Source of the DNA: an uncultured Actinomycetota bacterium
GTDB lineage: Bacteria; Actinomycetota; Thermoleophilia; RBG-16-64-13
Reading direction: 5' to 3'
Length of the DNA: 64,000 nucleotides
Assembly: GCA_963736705.1 (NCBI GenBank)
Contig: CAVTPV010000005.1
Span: 1,391,056 to 1,455,055 of the forward strand
In this document: piece by piece, positions 32,335-43,145 of the stretch
How positions within the stretch are numbered: position 1 is the first letter of the stretch
Layout of the letters: each line of letters begins with the position of its first letter
Notes under the pieces: generated by a model
The model's database searches: none
What the model was told of the DNA's origin: nothing
Seen by the model: the letters and a program-made list of their open reading frames with translations, nothing else
Program-made: the position numbers and the translations under genes

Positions 32335-33673
32335 ATGGCGCAAGCCGTGCGTCCTCAGAGCTACTTCTTGCGCTCGTTCGGGTGCCAGATGAACGAGCAC
32401 GACTCTGAACGCATCGCGGGCCTTCTCGAGGAGATGGGCATGGCGCCGCGCCGGCGATCCGGAGGACGCTGATCTGCTGGTCTACAACACGTGTTCCATC
32501 AGGGAGAAGGCCGACACGCGCCTTGCCGGGCACCTGAGCTACGCCGCCCGGCTGAAGAAGGAACGTCCATCCCGCCTCGTGGTGGTGGCGGGTTGCCTCG
32601 CTCAGAGCCGTCAGGATGAGTTCTTCGCATGACTTCCCCGTGGTGGACGTGCTGGTGGGGCCGCAGAGCCTGCACGAGCTTCCCGGGCTGCTGGAGCAGC
32701 GGATCGCCAAGGGCGGTGTGGTGGGGGCCTATGCCGACACCACCACCCGGTGGAGCGCCGAACTGCCCCGCGTGCGGGTGGATGGACCCTGTGCCTGGGT
32801 CCAGATCGTCGCCGGTTGCAGCAACTTCTGCACCTACTGCATCGTGCCGCACGTGCGGGGACCGGAAGCGTCCCGGCCGGCCGCGGATATCCTGGCCGAA
32901 GTAGCGGAGTTGGCCGCCTCGGGTGTGCGCGAGATCACCCTGCTGGGGCAGAACGTCAACGCGTACGGCAAGGAACCCGGCTTCCCCGGCGCCGAGAGTT
33001 TCGCGGATCTGCTCGCAGGCCGCTTGTGGCGTAGCGGGCATCGAGCGCGTCCGCTTCATGACGTCCCACCCCAAGGACATGTCCGAGGCCCTCATCGACG
33101 TGATAGGTGCGCCCAACCAGGTCTGTGAGCACGTGCATCTGCCGGTGCAGTCGGGCAGCGACCGCATCCTGGCCGCGATGAACCGCCGCTACGACCGCGC
33201 GGCCTACCTCGACCTGGTCGGCCGGCTTCGCCGGGCCGTGCCCGATCTGGCGCTCACCACCGACCTCATCGTGGGCTTCCCCGGCGAGACCGAAGAGGAG
33301 TTCCAGGAGACGCTTTCGCTGGTGGAGGAGTGCGCGCTTCGACTCGGCCTTCACCTTCATCTACTCGCCGCGCCGCGGTACGGCGGCGGCGGCCCTGCCG
33401 GGCAGGCTGCCCGCGGGCATGGGGGAGGAGCGCATGGCCCGTCTGGTGGACGTGGTGCAGCGTCTTGGCCGCGAGCGCAACCAGGCCATGCTCGGGCAGA
33501 CGGTGGAGGTGCTGGTGGAGCGCGTGAGCCGCCATGCGGCCGGAGAGGTCATGGGCCGGACCCGGGGCCACAAGCCGGTGAACTTCCCGTCGGCGGCGGT
33601 GCCGGGCGACCTGGTGCGGGTGGAGTTGCTGGAGGCGACCTCCACGAGCTTCCGCGGGCGCGAAGCGCGGTGA
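32335..33673 (+). CDS. miaB: tRNA-i6A37 methylthiotransferase MiaB (about 4 frameshifts)
   Basis: [28 protein letters not shown], radical-SAM [19 protein letters not shown] end [18 protein letters not shown]. Confidence 0.9.
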
Positions 33674-34664
33674 GTAGCGCGACGAGCAACGAGGCCGGCG
33701 GCCAGGGAGTGCTCATCGGCCTGCTCGGCCCGACGGCCGTCGGAAAGACGGCCGTCGCGGCGGCGCTGGCGAGGCGTCTGGGCGTCCGCGTGATCTCCTG
33801 CGATTCGATGCAGGTATACCGGGGATTTCCCGTCCTCACCAATCAGCCCACGCCTGAGGAGATGCGCGGGGTGGAGCACGCCCTTGTGGGCGTCGTCGAC
33901 CCGATGGAGCTGTTCTCCGCGGCGGAGTACGCGGAGAGGGCCCGGCCTCTTATCGCTGAGGACGTGGCTCGCTCGGGGTCGGCCCTTCTGGCCGGCGGCA
34001 CGGGCCTGTACCTGCGGGCGGCCGTGGCGCCGCTGGCCGTGGCTCCGGGCGACCCCGCGGTGCGGGCCCGCCTGGAGGAGCGCGCAGCCGCCGAGGGCGC
34101 CGGCGCGCTCCACAACGAGCTATCCACGCCTGGACCCCGCAGCCGCGGCAGCCGTCGACCCGCGCAACGCACGGCGGGTGGTGCGGGCGCTGGAGGCGGT
34201 GCTGGTGGGCGGAGGCGGGTGGTCGGGCCGTGACGACCTGTGGGATCCGCCCTACGACCGTCCCACGCTTGTCGTGGGACTCACGCTGGACCGCGGCGTC
34301 CTCTATCCCCGCATCGACGCCCGAGCGGGCCGCATGCTCCGGGAGGGCGCCATCGAGGAGGTCCTCAGCTTCCGGGAAGAGCACGGGCTGGAGGCCACGG
34401 CGCCGGGAGGGCCGGGCATCACGGAGCGCCATCGGCTACGGGGAGATCAGCCGGTATCTGCTGGGAGAGATCTCCCGCGAGGAGGCCGCGGTGCAGATGG
34501 CCGCGGCCACCCGTAGGTACGCCCGGCGGCAACTCACTTGGCTGCGGAAGGTAAGGGACGCTGTTATGATTGACGTCCAAGACCGGGACCCGGAAGACAT
34601 CGCCCGCGAGATCCTGGACCTGGCGAATGCCAAACGTACTGCCGAGGAGCCTCGACAACGATGA
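33670..34664 (+). CDS. miaA: tRNA dimethylallyltransferase (2-3 frameshifts)
   Basis: [20 protein letters not shown] (P-loop), [20 protein letters not shown], ...[16 protein letters not shown] overlap with the miaB stop. Confidence 0.9.
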
Positions 34665-35568
34665 AGCTGGCCAAGTGGCACGGATTGGGCAACGACTACC
34701 TGGTCGTGGAGGAGTCCGCTCTCCCCGCCCCCCTCACCACCGATACCATCACCCTCTTGTGCGACCGTCACCGCGGAGTGGGCTCCGACGGCATCCTGCT
34801 GCGCTCGGCGCCCAGCGGCGCTGTTCCCGGCGCCGTCACCCGCATGCGGATCTTCAACCCCGACGGCAGCGAATCGGAGATGTGCGGCAACGGCATCCGC
34901 ATCTTCGCCCGGTACATGGAAGCCACGGGCGCGGTGGGGCAGGGCTCCGAGTTCACGGTCGAGACCCTTGCCGGGCCCATCACGCCGCGCCTGCTCGGCG
35001 GCGGCATGGTCCGGGTGGACATGGGCCGGGCCCGCTTCGCGAGCCGCAATATCGATCTGGCGGCGGCAGGCGCCGCGCCGGGCGAGGGCGTGGTGGACGC
35101 GGTGCTGGAGGCGGCCGGGGGCGACCTTCCGCTATACGTTCGTGGACGTGGGCAACCCTCACTGCATCATCGTGGTGGACGACCCGGCGGAAGTCGACCT
35201 GGCCACCATAGGCGCCGCCATCGAACGGCATCCGCTGTTCCCCAACCGCGTGAACGTCGAGTTCATCAGGCCTGAGGCCGACGGCTCGGTGCGGATGCGG
35301 GTATGGGAGCGGGGTGTGGGGGAGACCCAGGCCTGCGGGACCGGGGCGACCGCGGTGGGCGCCGCGGCGGTGCGGCTGGGGCTGGCGAGCAGCCCGGTGA
35401 CCGTCCGCCTGCTTGGGCGGCGACCTGGTCATCGAAGTGGGCGCGGAGGACGATGCGAACGACGGCTGGAGGGTCTTCAAGACCGGTCCGGCCGAAGAGA
35501 TATGCTCGTGCGAGTTGAGCGACGAACTGCTGCGCCGGCTGGGCTGGCCGGCGCCTGCCATTCACTGA
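34661..35568 (+). CDS. dapF: diaminopimelate epimerase (2 frameshifts)
   Basis: KWHGLGNDYLVV, NPDGSESEMCGNGIR (first catalytic Cys), VDVGNPHCI, ERGVGETQACGTGATA (second catalytic Cys). Confidence 0.9.
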
Positions 35569-35593
35569 CGGTCAGAGAGCTAAGGAGGCGGAC

Positions 35594-36757
35594 GTGCGAT
35601 TCTCCCAGAGGATGGACAACCTGGCGCCCTATCTCTTCGCGGAGGCGGAGCGCAAGATCGCGGAGAAGCGCGCGGCCGGCATCGATGTCATCAGCCTGGG
35701 CATCGGCGACCCCGATCTGCCCACCCCGCAGTACATCGTGGACGAGATGCGGCGCCAGGTGGCCGATCCGGCCAACGACCGCTACCCGAGCAACTGGGGC
35801 CATCCCGACTTCGCCGCGGCAGCCGCGTCGTTCTACAAGCGCCGCTTCGGCGTGGACATCGACCCCAAGCGGGAGTTCATGGCCCTTCTCGGGGCGAAGG
35901 AAGGTCTGGCGCACATCTGCCTCGCCATCCTCGATCCGGGCGACCTGGCCCTGGTCCCCGACCCGGGCTACCCGGTCTACGCGGGCGGCTCCATCCTGGC
36001 GGGCTCCGAGGTGCGCTATCTGCCACTCAAACCGGACAACGGCTTCCTTCCCGACCTGGACGCTGTGAGCGAGGAGGACGCCCGGCGGGCCAAGGTCCTC
36101 TTCATCGGCTATCCCAACAACCCCACCGGCGCCGTGGTCGAGGACGACTTCTTCGCCCGGGTGGTGGCGTTCGCCAAGAAGTACGACATCGCGGTCATCC
36201 ACGACAACGCCTATTCGGAACTCACGTACGACGGGTACGTGGCTCCGAGCTTCCTGGCCACCCCGGGCGCCAAGGACGTGGGCGTCGAGTTCTTCAGCTT
36301 CTCCAAGCCCTTCAACATGACGGGCTGGCGTACCGGGTTCGCCGTCGGCAACCACAGATCCTCGAGCATCTGTGGCGGCTCAAGACCAACATGGACTCCG
36401 GGATGTTCGACGCTCTGCAGAAGACGTCGGCCTTCATCCTCGACAGCCCCTGGGACTTCGTCCACGAGATGTGCGACGTCTACAAGCGCCGCCGCGACCT
36501 TCTCGGCGGAGGCTCTGACCTCCGTGGGCATGAAGGTGCCGCGTATCAAGGGCACCATCTACATGTGGATCCCGGTGCCGGAGGGCTACACCTCGGGTAG
36601 CTTCTGCGAGCACGTCCTCGAGCAGGCAGCCGTCGTCATCACCCCGGGCAGAGGCTACGGTCCGGCCGGGGAGGGCTTTGTGCGCCTGTCGCTCACCACT
36701 CCCGACGACCGTCTCGCCGAGGCCGTGGAGCGCATCGAGAAGTCGCTGAAGCTCTAG
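35594..36757 (+). CDS. dapL: LL-diaminopimelate aminotransferase-type class I/II aminotransferase (compensated double frameshift about 36355-36520)
   Basis: [14 protein letters not shown]..., [35 protein letters not shown] (PLP Lys). Adjacent to dapF. Confidence 0.8.
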   Translation: MRFSQRMDNLAPYLFAEAERKIAEKRAAGIDVISLGIGDPDLPTPQYIVDEMRRQVADPANDRYPSNWGHPDFAAAAASFYKRRFGVDIDPKREFMALLGAKEGLAHICLAILDPGDLALVPDPGYPVYAGGSILAGSEVRYLPLKPDNGFLPDLDAVSEEDARRAKVLFIGYPNNPTGAVVEDDFFARVVAFAKKYDIAVIHDNAYSELTYDGYVAPSFLATPGAKDVGVEFFSFSKPFNMTGWRTGFAVGNHRSSSICGGSRPTWTPGCSTLCRRRRPSSSTAPGTSSTRCATSTSAAATFSAEALTSVGMKVPRIKGTIYMWIPVPEGYTSGSFCEHVLEQAAVVITPGRGYGPAGEGFVRLSLTTPDDRLAEAVERIEKSLKL

Positions 36758-36758
36758 C

Positions 36759-37188
36759 GTGGAACTCCAGGTCCGCCTGCTGCACCCGCAGGCCCAGATA
36801 CCCCGCAGAGCGCATCCCGGCGACGCCGGCTCGGACCTCTTCTCCGTGGAGGAGGTGGTCATCCCGGCCGGCGAGCGGCGGGCCGTGGCCACCGGCATCG
36901 CTCTGGCCATCCCGAGGGGATACGGGGGGTTCGTGCAGCCGCGCTCGGGATTGGCCTTCAAGCACGGCATCATGCTCACCAACTCGCCGGGCCTCATCGA
37001 CGCCGGCTACCGGGGCGAGCTCCGGGTGTCGCTCTACAACTCGGGCGCCGAGGACCTTCATCGTGGCCGTGGGGGAGCGGATCGCCCAGCTGGTCATCCA
37101 GCGCGTCGAGGAGCCCGACTTCGTGGTCGTGGACGAACTCGGCGAGACCAGCAGGGGCGAGGGCGGCTTCGGCAGCAGCGGGCGCTAA
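36759..37188 (+). CDS. dut: dUTP diphosphatase (1 frameshift near 37060)
   Basis: [33 protein letters not shown], ...[14 protein letters not shown] start 2 nt after the dapL stop. Confidence 0.9.
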
Positions 37189-37238
37189 GGCTGAGGGCGC
37201 GCTGCCCCTGTCCACCCGCGCCTGCCCGGCTGCTGAGA

Positions 37239-38708
37239 CTAATCCAGAACCGACATCGTGTTCGGCAGTTCCTGCCAGTTCAAGATCTGGTAGCTACCTA
37301 CGGTGGGGAAGTACGGCGGCGGGTCGTGCATGAGCCAGTCATCGTACGAATTGCTGCCGTTCGTGAATCCGCCGAGAGTCGTGCCGCTGTAGTTGACGGT
37401 GCTGCGGTAGGGCGTATGGTACGTGCTGACCGAGCCGTAGATGGTCAGCATGTCGCGGATCGGGCCGTAGTTGTCGTTGCTCTCGTCCGCAGCGTTGCAC
37501 GATTCTTTCCCCTGCTGAGCGATGAGCGCGGCGTCGATCTCCATGTCCTGCGTGGAGACGGTACCGCCCGCTCCCAGGGGCGCGTACCTGGGGATCTCCA
37601 CGTTGTTCTGCGCGATGAGCCCCACCGTGACGGTGCCGTCCTTCGCCGAGTAGGTGAGATTGCCCACTACGTGGATGGAAGTGGCCGAGTTCTTGCCCGA
37701 TGGGTTCAGCTGCCCGGAGCTGGCGATGGTGATCCGCCCGTCGAGGTCGGTGCCTTCCACCCAGACGTTGTCGTTGACGTAGATGACGCCGTTGGTGGGG
37801 TAGTCGAGCACTGTGCTCGGCACCGGGGAGGTGGGGACCACGGACGTGAGGCTTCCGCCGCTGCCGCTGGTGGTCTCGCTCTCAGCCGTCACGCGCCTGA
37901 TTTGGTACTGCTCGTTGGGCAGGAGCTTGATGTACCAGCCCTGCCTGGAATCGTGAGCGGTGCTCGTAGAGTAGGGGATGTTCACGCCGTTACCCACCGC
38001 GAGGCTGTTCAGGTTGACGAAGTCCGAGGTCACAGTCGCGAAACTGATCGCGGGTACGGGGAACTGCCAGAACTGCCGGGAGTAGTGATTGGCCGGCACG
38101 GTGGTCAGGTGGCCCGACCACACGCCGTTATGAGTGCCGCCCAAGATGCCGCTTGTGTACGTCGCCCGGGAACACGACATAGTCTCGGTGAGGTTGGCCG
38201 TGTCCGTGCAGATGCCCGTGTTCGAGAAAGTCTTGCCGTGCCAGACGCGATCGAGCGGTCCGCCGATCCACACCTCGTCGTTGGTGAGCAGCAGGTACTG
38301 GCTGAACGAGGGCCTGCCCAGCGAGGCGGTGACCGTTCTGGGGGTGTCCTCCGGACCTGTGGCCTGTCCCGTGACAGTCACGCTCACGTTAGGGTTGTTG
38401 GCGCTGGGAGGAGTCACCTGTATGGCGTACCTACCGTGGACGGAAGAGTCGAAGACGTTTGTCAGGTCGAACTCCTTGAAGAGGGGATCGGGCCCTGTGT
38501 TGCCGGCGATGGCGAAGCCGTTGCTCCTGGAACTCTCCCCACTCGCCACCATCCACAGATACTGGTTCAGGCCGGCCTCGGCCACAGTCAGCGATTGAGT
38601 GTAGGTGCGATCGCGAGATACATGCTGCTGGTTGGCAAGAGCGGATGTGAGCAGGGCGGCCGAGGAGATGCCCAGGGCCACCAGCACGAGCATCGCGAGG
38701 ATCAGCAC
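37239..38708 (-). CDS. large PilX_N/GspK-type pilin-like protein without Glu5 (set A, third gene). The real start is probably upstream (TTG about 38754) across an indel.
   Basis: The in-frame upstream residues ...WSRNEGG plus YVLILAMLVLVALGISSAALLTSALANQQHVSRDRTYTQSLTVAEAGLNQ resemble the PilX N-terminal domain. A roughly 450-aa Asn/Thr/Gly-rich beta-type domain follows. Confidence 0.7.
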   Translation of the reverse strand: MLILAMLVLVALGISSAALLTSALANQQHVSRDRTYTQSLTVAEAGLNQYLWMVASGESSRSNGFAIAGNTGPDPLFKEFDLTNVFDSSVHGRYAIQVTPPSANNPNVSVTVTGQATGPEDTPRTVTASLGRPSFSQYLLLTNDEVWIGGPLDRVWHGKTFSNTGICTDTANLTETMSCSRATYTSGILGGTHNGVWSGHLTTVPANHYSRQFWQFPVPAISFATVTSDFVNLNSLAVGNGVNIPYSTSTAHDSRQGWYIKLLPNEQYQIRRVTAESETTSGSGGSLTSVVPTSPVPSTVLDYPTNGVIYVNDNVWVEGTDLDGRITIASSGQLNPSGKNSATSIHVVGNLTYSAKDGTVTVGLIAQNNVEIPRYAPLGAGGTVSTQDMEIDAALIAQQGKESCNAADESNDNYGPIRDMLTIYGSVSTYHTPYRSTVNYSGTTLGGFTNGSNSYDDWLMHDPPPYFPTVGSYQILNWQELPNTMSVLD

Positions 38709-38773
38709 ATACCCGCCCTCGTTCCGCGACCAGGCTGGGCAGACGGCCGCCCAAGTGATAACGCGTGCGGGAT

Positions 38774-39478
38774 CTAGGCTCCACTGAGACCTCCGTTGTA
38801 TCGCTGGCGGATCTGCACTCGGGTGTCCAGGGCGACGTTGGCCTTTGGTACTCCCGGAGTCTCATTCACCCTGAGGGCGATGTCGATGGCGATGATGCTT
38901 CTCAACTCCGCCGCCGTCGTGGGGTTCGTGATCTCGACGAGGGTGTCGTTCGCGGGTATGGGATTGGTGATGTATGCCGGGTTCATCTGGTAGTACGTGA
39001 ACAGGGCTGCACTCTGGATGCCCTGCATGATGACGATGCCGTCGTTGGTGTACTCCGTGGCGTAGATGGGAGGCGCCTCGGAAGTGTCCGGGGCGAGCGT
39101 GGCCAATCTCAGAGTCGTGCCGTCGAGGTAGTAGCGGCACTTGTCGGAGAGGCCGTCACCGTTGATGTCGGCGAAGAACACGAGTTCGTCAGCCTCGGCG
39201 AGGGCGATCGCATCGGATTGCGATGAGAGGTTCGAGGCGGAGGACTCCGCCATACGCAGATAGCGGGAGATCTCATTGATAGCGTAGCGCGCGTCGTCCT
39301 GGTTGACGATGCGGTGGCTGGTGTCGGCCCACGATCTGACCAGGCTCTCGTAGACCCCGAGTATCGCCATCCCCAGGAGCCCGGCGGTCAGGCAGACCAT
39401 CAGGAGTTCGATGAGAGTGAACCCTCTGGCGCCGCGGAGCGCTTTCTTGAGATTGCGGACTAGTATGTTGCGTCTCAT
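38774..39478 (-). CDS. PilW/GspJ-like minor pilin (set A, second gene)
   Basis: MRRNILVRNLKKALRGARG|FTLIELLMVCLTAGLLGMAIL is a class III signal with Glu5. DINGDGLSD motif. Ends ...VQIRQRYNG. ATG at 39478; the longer ORF to 39652 is rejected. Confidence 0.8.
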   Translation of the reverse strand: MRRNILVRNLKKALRGARGFTLIELLMVCLTAGLLGMAILGVYESLVRSWADTSHRIVNQDDARYAINEISRYLRMAESSASNLSSQSDAIALAEADELVFFADINGDGLSDKCRYYLDGTTLRLATLAPDTSEAPPIYATEYTNDGIVIMQGIQSAALFTYYQMNPAYITNPIPANDTLVEITNPTTAAELRSIIAIDIALRVNETPGVPKANVALDTRVQIRQRYNGGLSGA

Positions 39479-39485
39479 CACGGCC

Positions 39486-41112
39486 CTACTGTCGGTTGTT
39501 GAACGTGAAGCGGTCACCGGTCCAAGTATCTGAGGTGCCGGCGGAGTTCGTGACGGTGATGTGAACCGTGGCCGTCGAGCCGTAGGCTGGGGAGACCGCC
39601 CGGATGCGGGTGGTGGACTCGACGACGAAGCTCGCGGCGTTCTTGGTGCCAAACATCACGGAGGTCACATCGACGAAGTTGGTACCGGTGATGATGACGG
39701 TGGTGCCGCCTCCCTTCCAGCCACTCGTCGGGCTGCGGGTGCCGACAGTGGGCTCGTAGACGTAGTACGAGTACTGGTCCGCGGCCACAGCGGCGGAGGT
39801 TCCGGAGGGGGTGGTGACGGTGACGTCCACGGTGCCCCAGCCGGCCGGGGATACGGCTGTGATACGGGTTGCGGAGTTCACGACGAAGCTTGATGCATCG
39901 GTGTCACCGAATTTGACCGCTGTAGCGCCGCTGAAGTTTGAACCGTTGATGACGACCGTGGTGCCACCGAAGAGGGTGCCATTGTTGGGGCTTATCGAAG
40001 TCACCGCTGGGCCGGTGGAGACGACCAGGTTGACCGTCTGGGTCTGGCCCGGATCGAGGATCACGGGGATCTTTCCGTCCGGCAGCGGAAGGAAGTCCGC
40101 ATCGACCGTAGGCGTGCTCACGCCGCCGGGAAGCTGCAGGGGAGGGTTGTGGGGGGTGACGAGCTCGATGAAGTAGGGCTGGATGGAGGTCGAGTAGCGG
40201 ATGTCCTCAAGCGTGATGTCACCGTTGGAGTCGGTGGTGCGGGTCTCGTCGTAGTCCCAGGGGCTCACGGACATGTAGCCGGTGATCCGGAGAGGGACGT
40301 TGGCGAGCGGCGCGCCGAACTGGTCGGTGAGGTGGATGTTCATGGTGGCGAGCCGGTCCATGATGAGTTGGACCACAGTGGTCACACCAGTCTCCAGCAC
40401 CAGGCCGTTCTGAAGGGCCGCGGGGTTGTAGTCGCCATAGGTGGCGCTCACGAAGTAACCGGCCTCGTCGTCCTCCGGCAGACCGGGGAGCTGCAGGTGG
40501 CCCGAGTCGTCGGTGCGGATGGAGGAGTCGTTGTAGAGCACGTTGGGGTTAAGAAGGTCGTCCCATACGACGAGGTGGGCCCCCTCGATGGGCTCACCAC
40601 TAAGGTCTGTGACCGTGATGTCGAGCGTGCCCCCTTTGGCGCCGCCCGCGACGTTGGTGCTCATGACGACCGGATCCATGCCGCTGGTGTTGAGGGGCGA
40701 CGCTCACGGTCACTCGGCGATAGTTGCCCGGGAAGGGACCCTCGTAGCTGTCGTCCGTGAAGAAGGTGATCTCGCGTTGGATCTCGAACGTGCGTCCGTC
40801 GCGGGTGACGGTCTCGACAGCCTCCAACTGACCGGCCGGGTTGCCGCCCACAGTGCCGACGTCCTGGTACTGCAGGCCGCGGATCGTTTCGATCTCCTCG
40901 GTCGCTATTTGAGCCATCAGGGAGCGAGTGTCGGAGGCCAGGACCCGCAAGGCCGTCGCGGTGAAGAAGTGCGCTATGAAGACCAGGCCGATAACCAGCA
41001 CCAAGCCGGCGACTAGGACCTCCACGAGGCTGAAGCCGTGTTCGGATGAGTCAGTGCGAGTCTCGTCGCCTGCTTGTGGCCTGACCAGTTGCCAAAGCGT
41101 GAGGGACTTCAA
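39486..41112 (-). CDS. modular PilV-like pilin with C-terminal adhesin-type modules, including 2 IPT/TIG domains (set A, first gene; 1 frameshift near 40690)
   Basis: ...SSEHG|FSLVEVLVAGLVLVIGLVF (PilV-type), pilin core ...YRRVTVSV. Next come two CarboxypepD_reg-like beta modules (GTLDITVTDLSGEPIEGAHLVV; NIHLTDQFGAPLANVPLRI), then IPT/TIG x2 at about 39501-40013. TTG 41112 lies 10 nt after AGGAGG. Confidence 0.75.
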
Positions 41113-41182
41113 GCCCAGAATGCCTCCTGCTATGTGTTTCCAGTTCAGGTATCGGCGCGACTGACGTACTTCTTTAGTCCAA

Positions 41183-42447
41183 TCAGGAGCCCTTGGGAAC
41201 CGTGTACTCCTCCCAGGTGTTCGGCACAATGTTGACGTCGATGACGTACTGGCCGTTGATGTTGTTGATGACATCCTGGTTGTAGAGGATCTCGCCGCAA
41301 CTACCATTACCCTTGTTGGTGATGGTGCCCTTGCAGTAAACAGCGCCGTGCATGGCCGACGTGCCCCTCAGCTCGTTGTCACCTACGGTGACCATGATCC
41401 CGTAGAAGTCGCCGGTCCCTTTGAAGTCCCACGCGTTCACGCTGCCGTCAGGAGTGTCGAAGACCACTACCACAGGCTCTTCTTCGGTACCCACTTGGTT
41501 GCTGCCGGCGATCTCGACGGCGGCGGTGCTCTTGATGTACACCACCTTGCCGTTGGCTTTGCCAGAGGTCAAGAACGCGGTGGCCGCCGCTTCGACGGTG
41601 CTGTAGGTCGAGCCGTTCACGGTCATGGGGAGTAGTTCGGGGGCGAAATAGCAGTGCTCGTCCTCGGCGATCTTCTTGAGCGCCATCTGAGTCTGGGTGC
41701 TCACAACGCTCTCCCAGTCGAGTGGGTGTGGCGGCGAGGACATTCTGAGGCGGTTGCGGATCGACCCCTTTGTGCAGGGCTTCGTGGACGTCGTAGTAGA
41801 TGGGAGGGGTGCCCTTTCTCGATCGACACCTGGAAGCCCTGGCCGTTGCTGTCCACCACGCCGGACCACAGGGCGAGAGTGGCCGGGAAGGAGAGCTGCC
41901 ATTGCTGCTTCTCAGCGAGTATCAGGATGCGGTGGCGGTCGTCGCCCACGTTGGCCGTGGCGTCGACAAACATGGCTCCGTCGTTGTTGGAGTCCCACTT
42001 CGGGGCACTGGGATCGGCCACTGTGGTTGTCTCGCCGGTGGCGCTGTTCACGTTGTCGTAAATGTAGACATGGAGGAAGTCGGCGGCCTGGGAGCGAGCC
42101 GGGTCGTACAGGCCCGGGTTGGCCGTCTGCAGAGCGGTCTTGAGGGCTTCCTCGGTGACGGCCGCGGTGGCGTCGTCAGTGGAGCGCCGGGGCCAGTTGA
42201 GGCGCAGCGTCAGCATGCCCGCGTCGACTCCGGCTTCGGAGACATTGAATGACTTGACGTCGATCCGCTCGGTCTCGGCGGACTGGCTCTGAGAGTGGAT
42301 GAGCCAGTATAGAGCGACGCCCAGAATCATGAAGATCATCACGAAGACCACGGCGACGACCATAGCGATGCCGTCTTCATGACCCAATCTGGTGGGACGG
42401 CGCACGTGCCTCGGCGCCTTCGGGAGGACTTGCTGTGACGTCTTCAT
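41183..42447 (-). CDS. PilX_N/GspK-type pilin-like protein without Glu5 (set B, third gene; 2 frameshifts about 41770-41815)
   Basis: ...LGHEDG|IAMVVAVVFVMIFMILGVALYWLIHSQSQSAETERIDVKSFNVSEAG resembles PilX_N. C-terminal VVVVFDTPDG...GDFYGIMVTVGDNELRGTSAMHGAVYCKG. Confidence 0.7.
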
Positions 42448-42470
42448 ATCCGATGTCTCCTCGGGACGCC

Positions 42471-43145
42471 TTAGTATTGGCGCAAGTTGCGGGGTTGGAC
42501 GGTCGAAATGAGCTCGTGCGCGATCGGGCGGTTGTTCTCGAAGATGTCGATGAATAGGCGTATCTGCACTTCGCGGATCAGGCTCGGGTCGGCGATCGGG
42601 GTGGACATGGGCTGTCCGTCCGTGCCTATGTAGGTGAAGAGGGAGGGTTTCGTGGAGCCGTTGGTGACACAGTTGCTGACCAGGCGAACGTGGTCGCCGC
42701 TGGCGAATGAGGGATCCCCGGAGTCGCTCGTGTCCCGGTAAAGCGTCTGGTTGGCGGTGTCGACCCGGAATCGGCAGAGTTCGAGATCGTGACCGGAGTC
42801 ACGATCGGCATCGGTCCAGAAGATGAGGCTGTTGCTGTCAGCAGAATATATGACGACGTTCAGGGCCTCGGTCGGCGCGGGGTCGGGCGCGCGGGAGGTG
42901 CGGATGAACTCGACCATCTCGCTCATTGCGGTCCGTGCCTGGGCCTGAGCTGCGAAGTCATCCTCGGCGAACGTATAGGTCCGTTGCAGGCCGAACCATA
43001 TGCTGTAGATGCCCCCGAGGACCACCAGCAGTATGATCATCACCACCATGAGTTCCATGAGGGTTAGGCCGGCTTGGCCCCTCGCCAGCCGGCTGCCGGC
43101 ATCGAGGCGGTCTTTGAGGTTTGAGGGTCCCATGCCGCCCGCCAT
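42471..43145 (-). CDS. PilW/GspJ-like minor pilin (set B, second gene)
   Basis: MAGGMGPSNLKDRLDAGSRLARGQAG|LTLMELMVVMIILLVVLGGIY. DADRDSGHD motif. Ends ...VQPRNLRQY. The ATG overlaps the stop of the upstream gene (TGATG). Confidence 0.8.
   Translation of the reverse strand: MAGGMGPSNLKDRLDAGSRLARGQAGLTLMELMVVMIILLVVLGGIYSIWFGLQRTYTFAEDDFAAQAQARTAMSEMVEFIRTSRAPDPAPTEALNVVIYSADSNSLIFWTDADRDSGHDLELCRFRVDTANQTLYRDTSDSGDPSFASGDHVRLVSNCVTNGSTKPSLFTYIGTDGQPMSTPIADPSLIREVQIRLFIDIFENNRPIAHELISTVQPRNLRQY

Noticed and set aside
36759-38777. 672-aa plus-strand ORF starting at dut
   Set aside because: Only the first roughly 100 codons (dut, which then continues in another frame to 37188) look real. The remainder is antisense to the PilX-like gene and has no protein-like features.
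38774-39652. Longer 292-aa version of the set A PilW-like gene starting at 39652
   Set aside because: The extra 58 residues are Pro/Ser/Arg-rich and overlap the upstream gene's 3' end. The internal ATG at 39478 gives a normal prepilin leader ending in G|FTLIELL.
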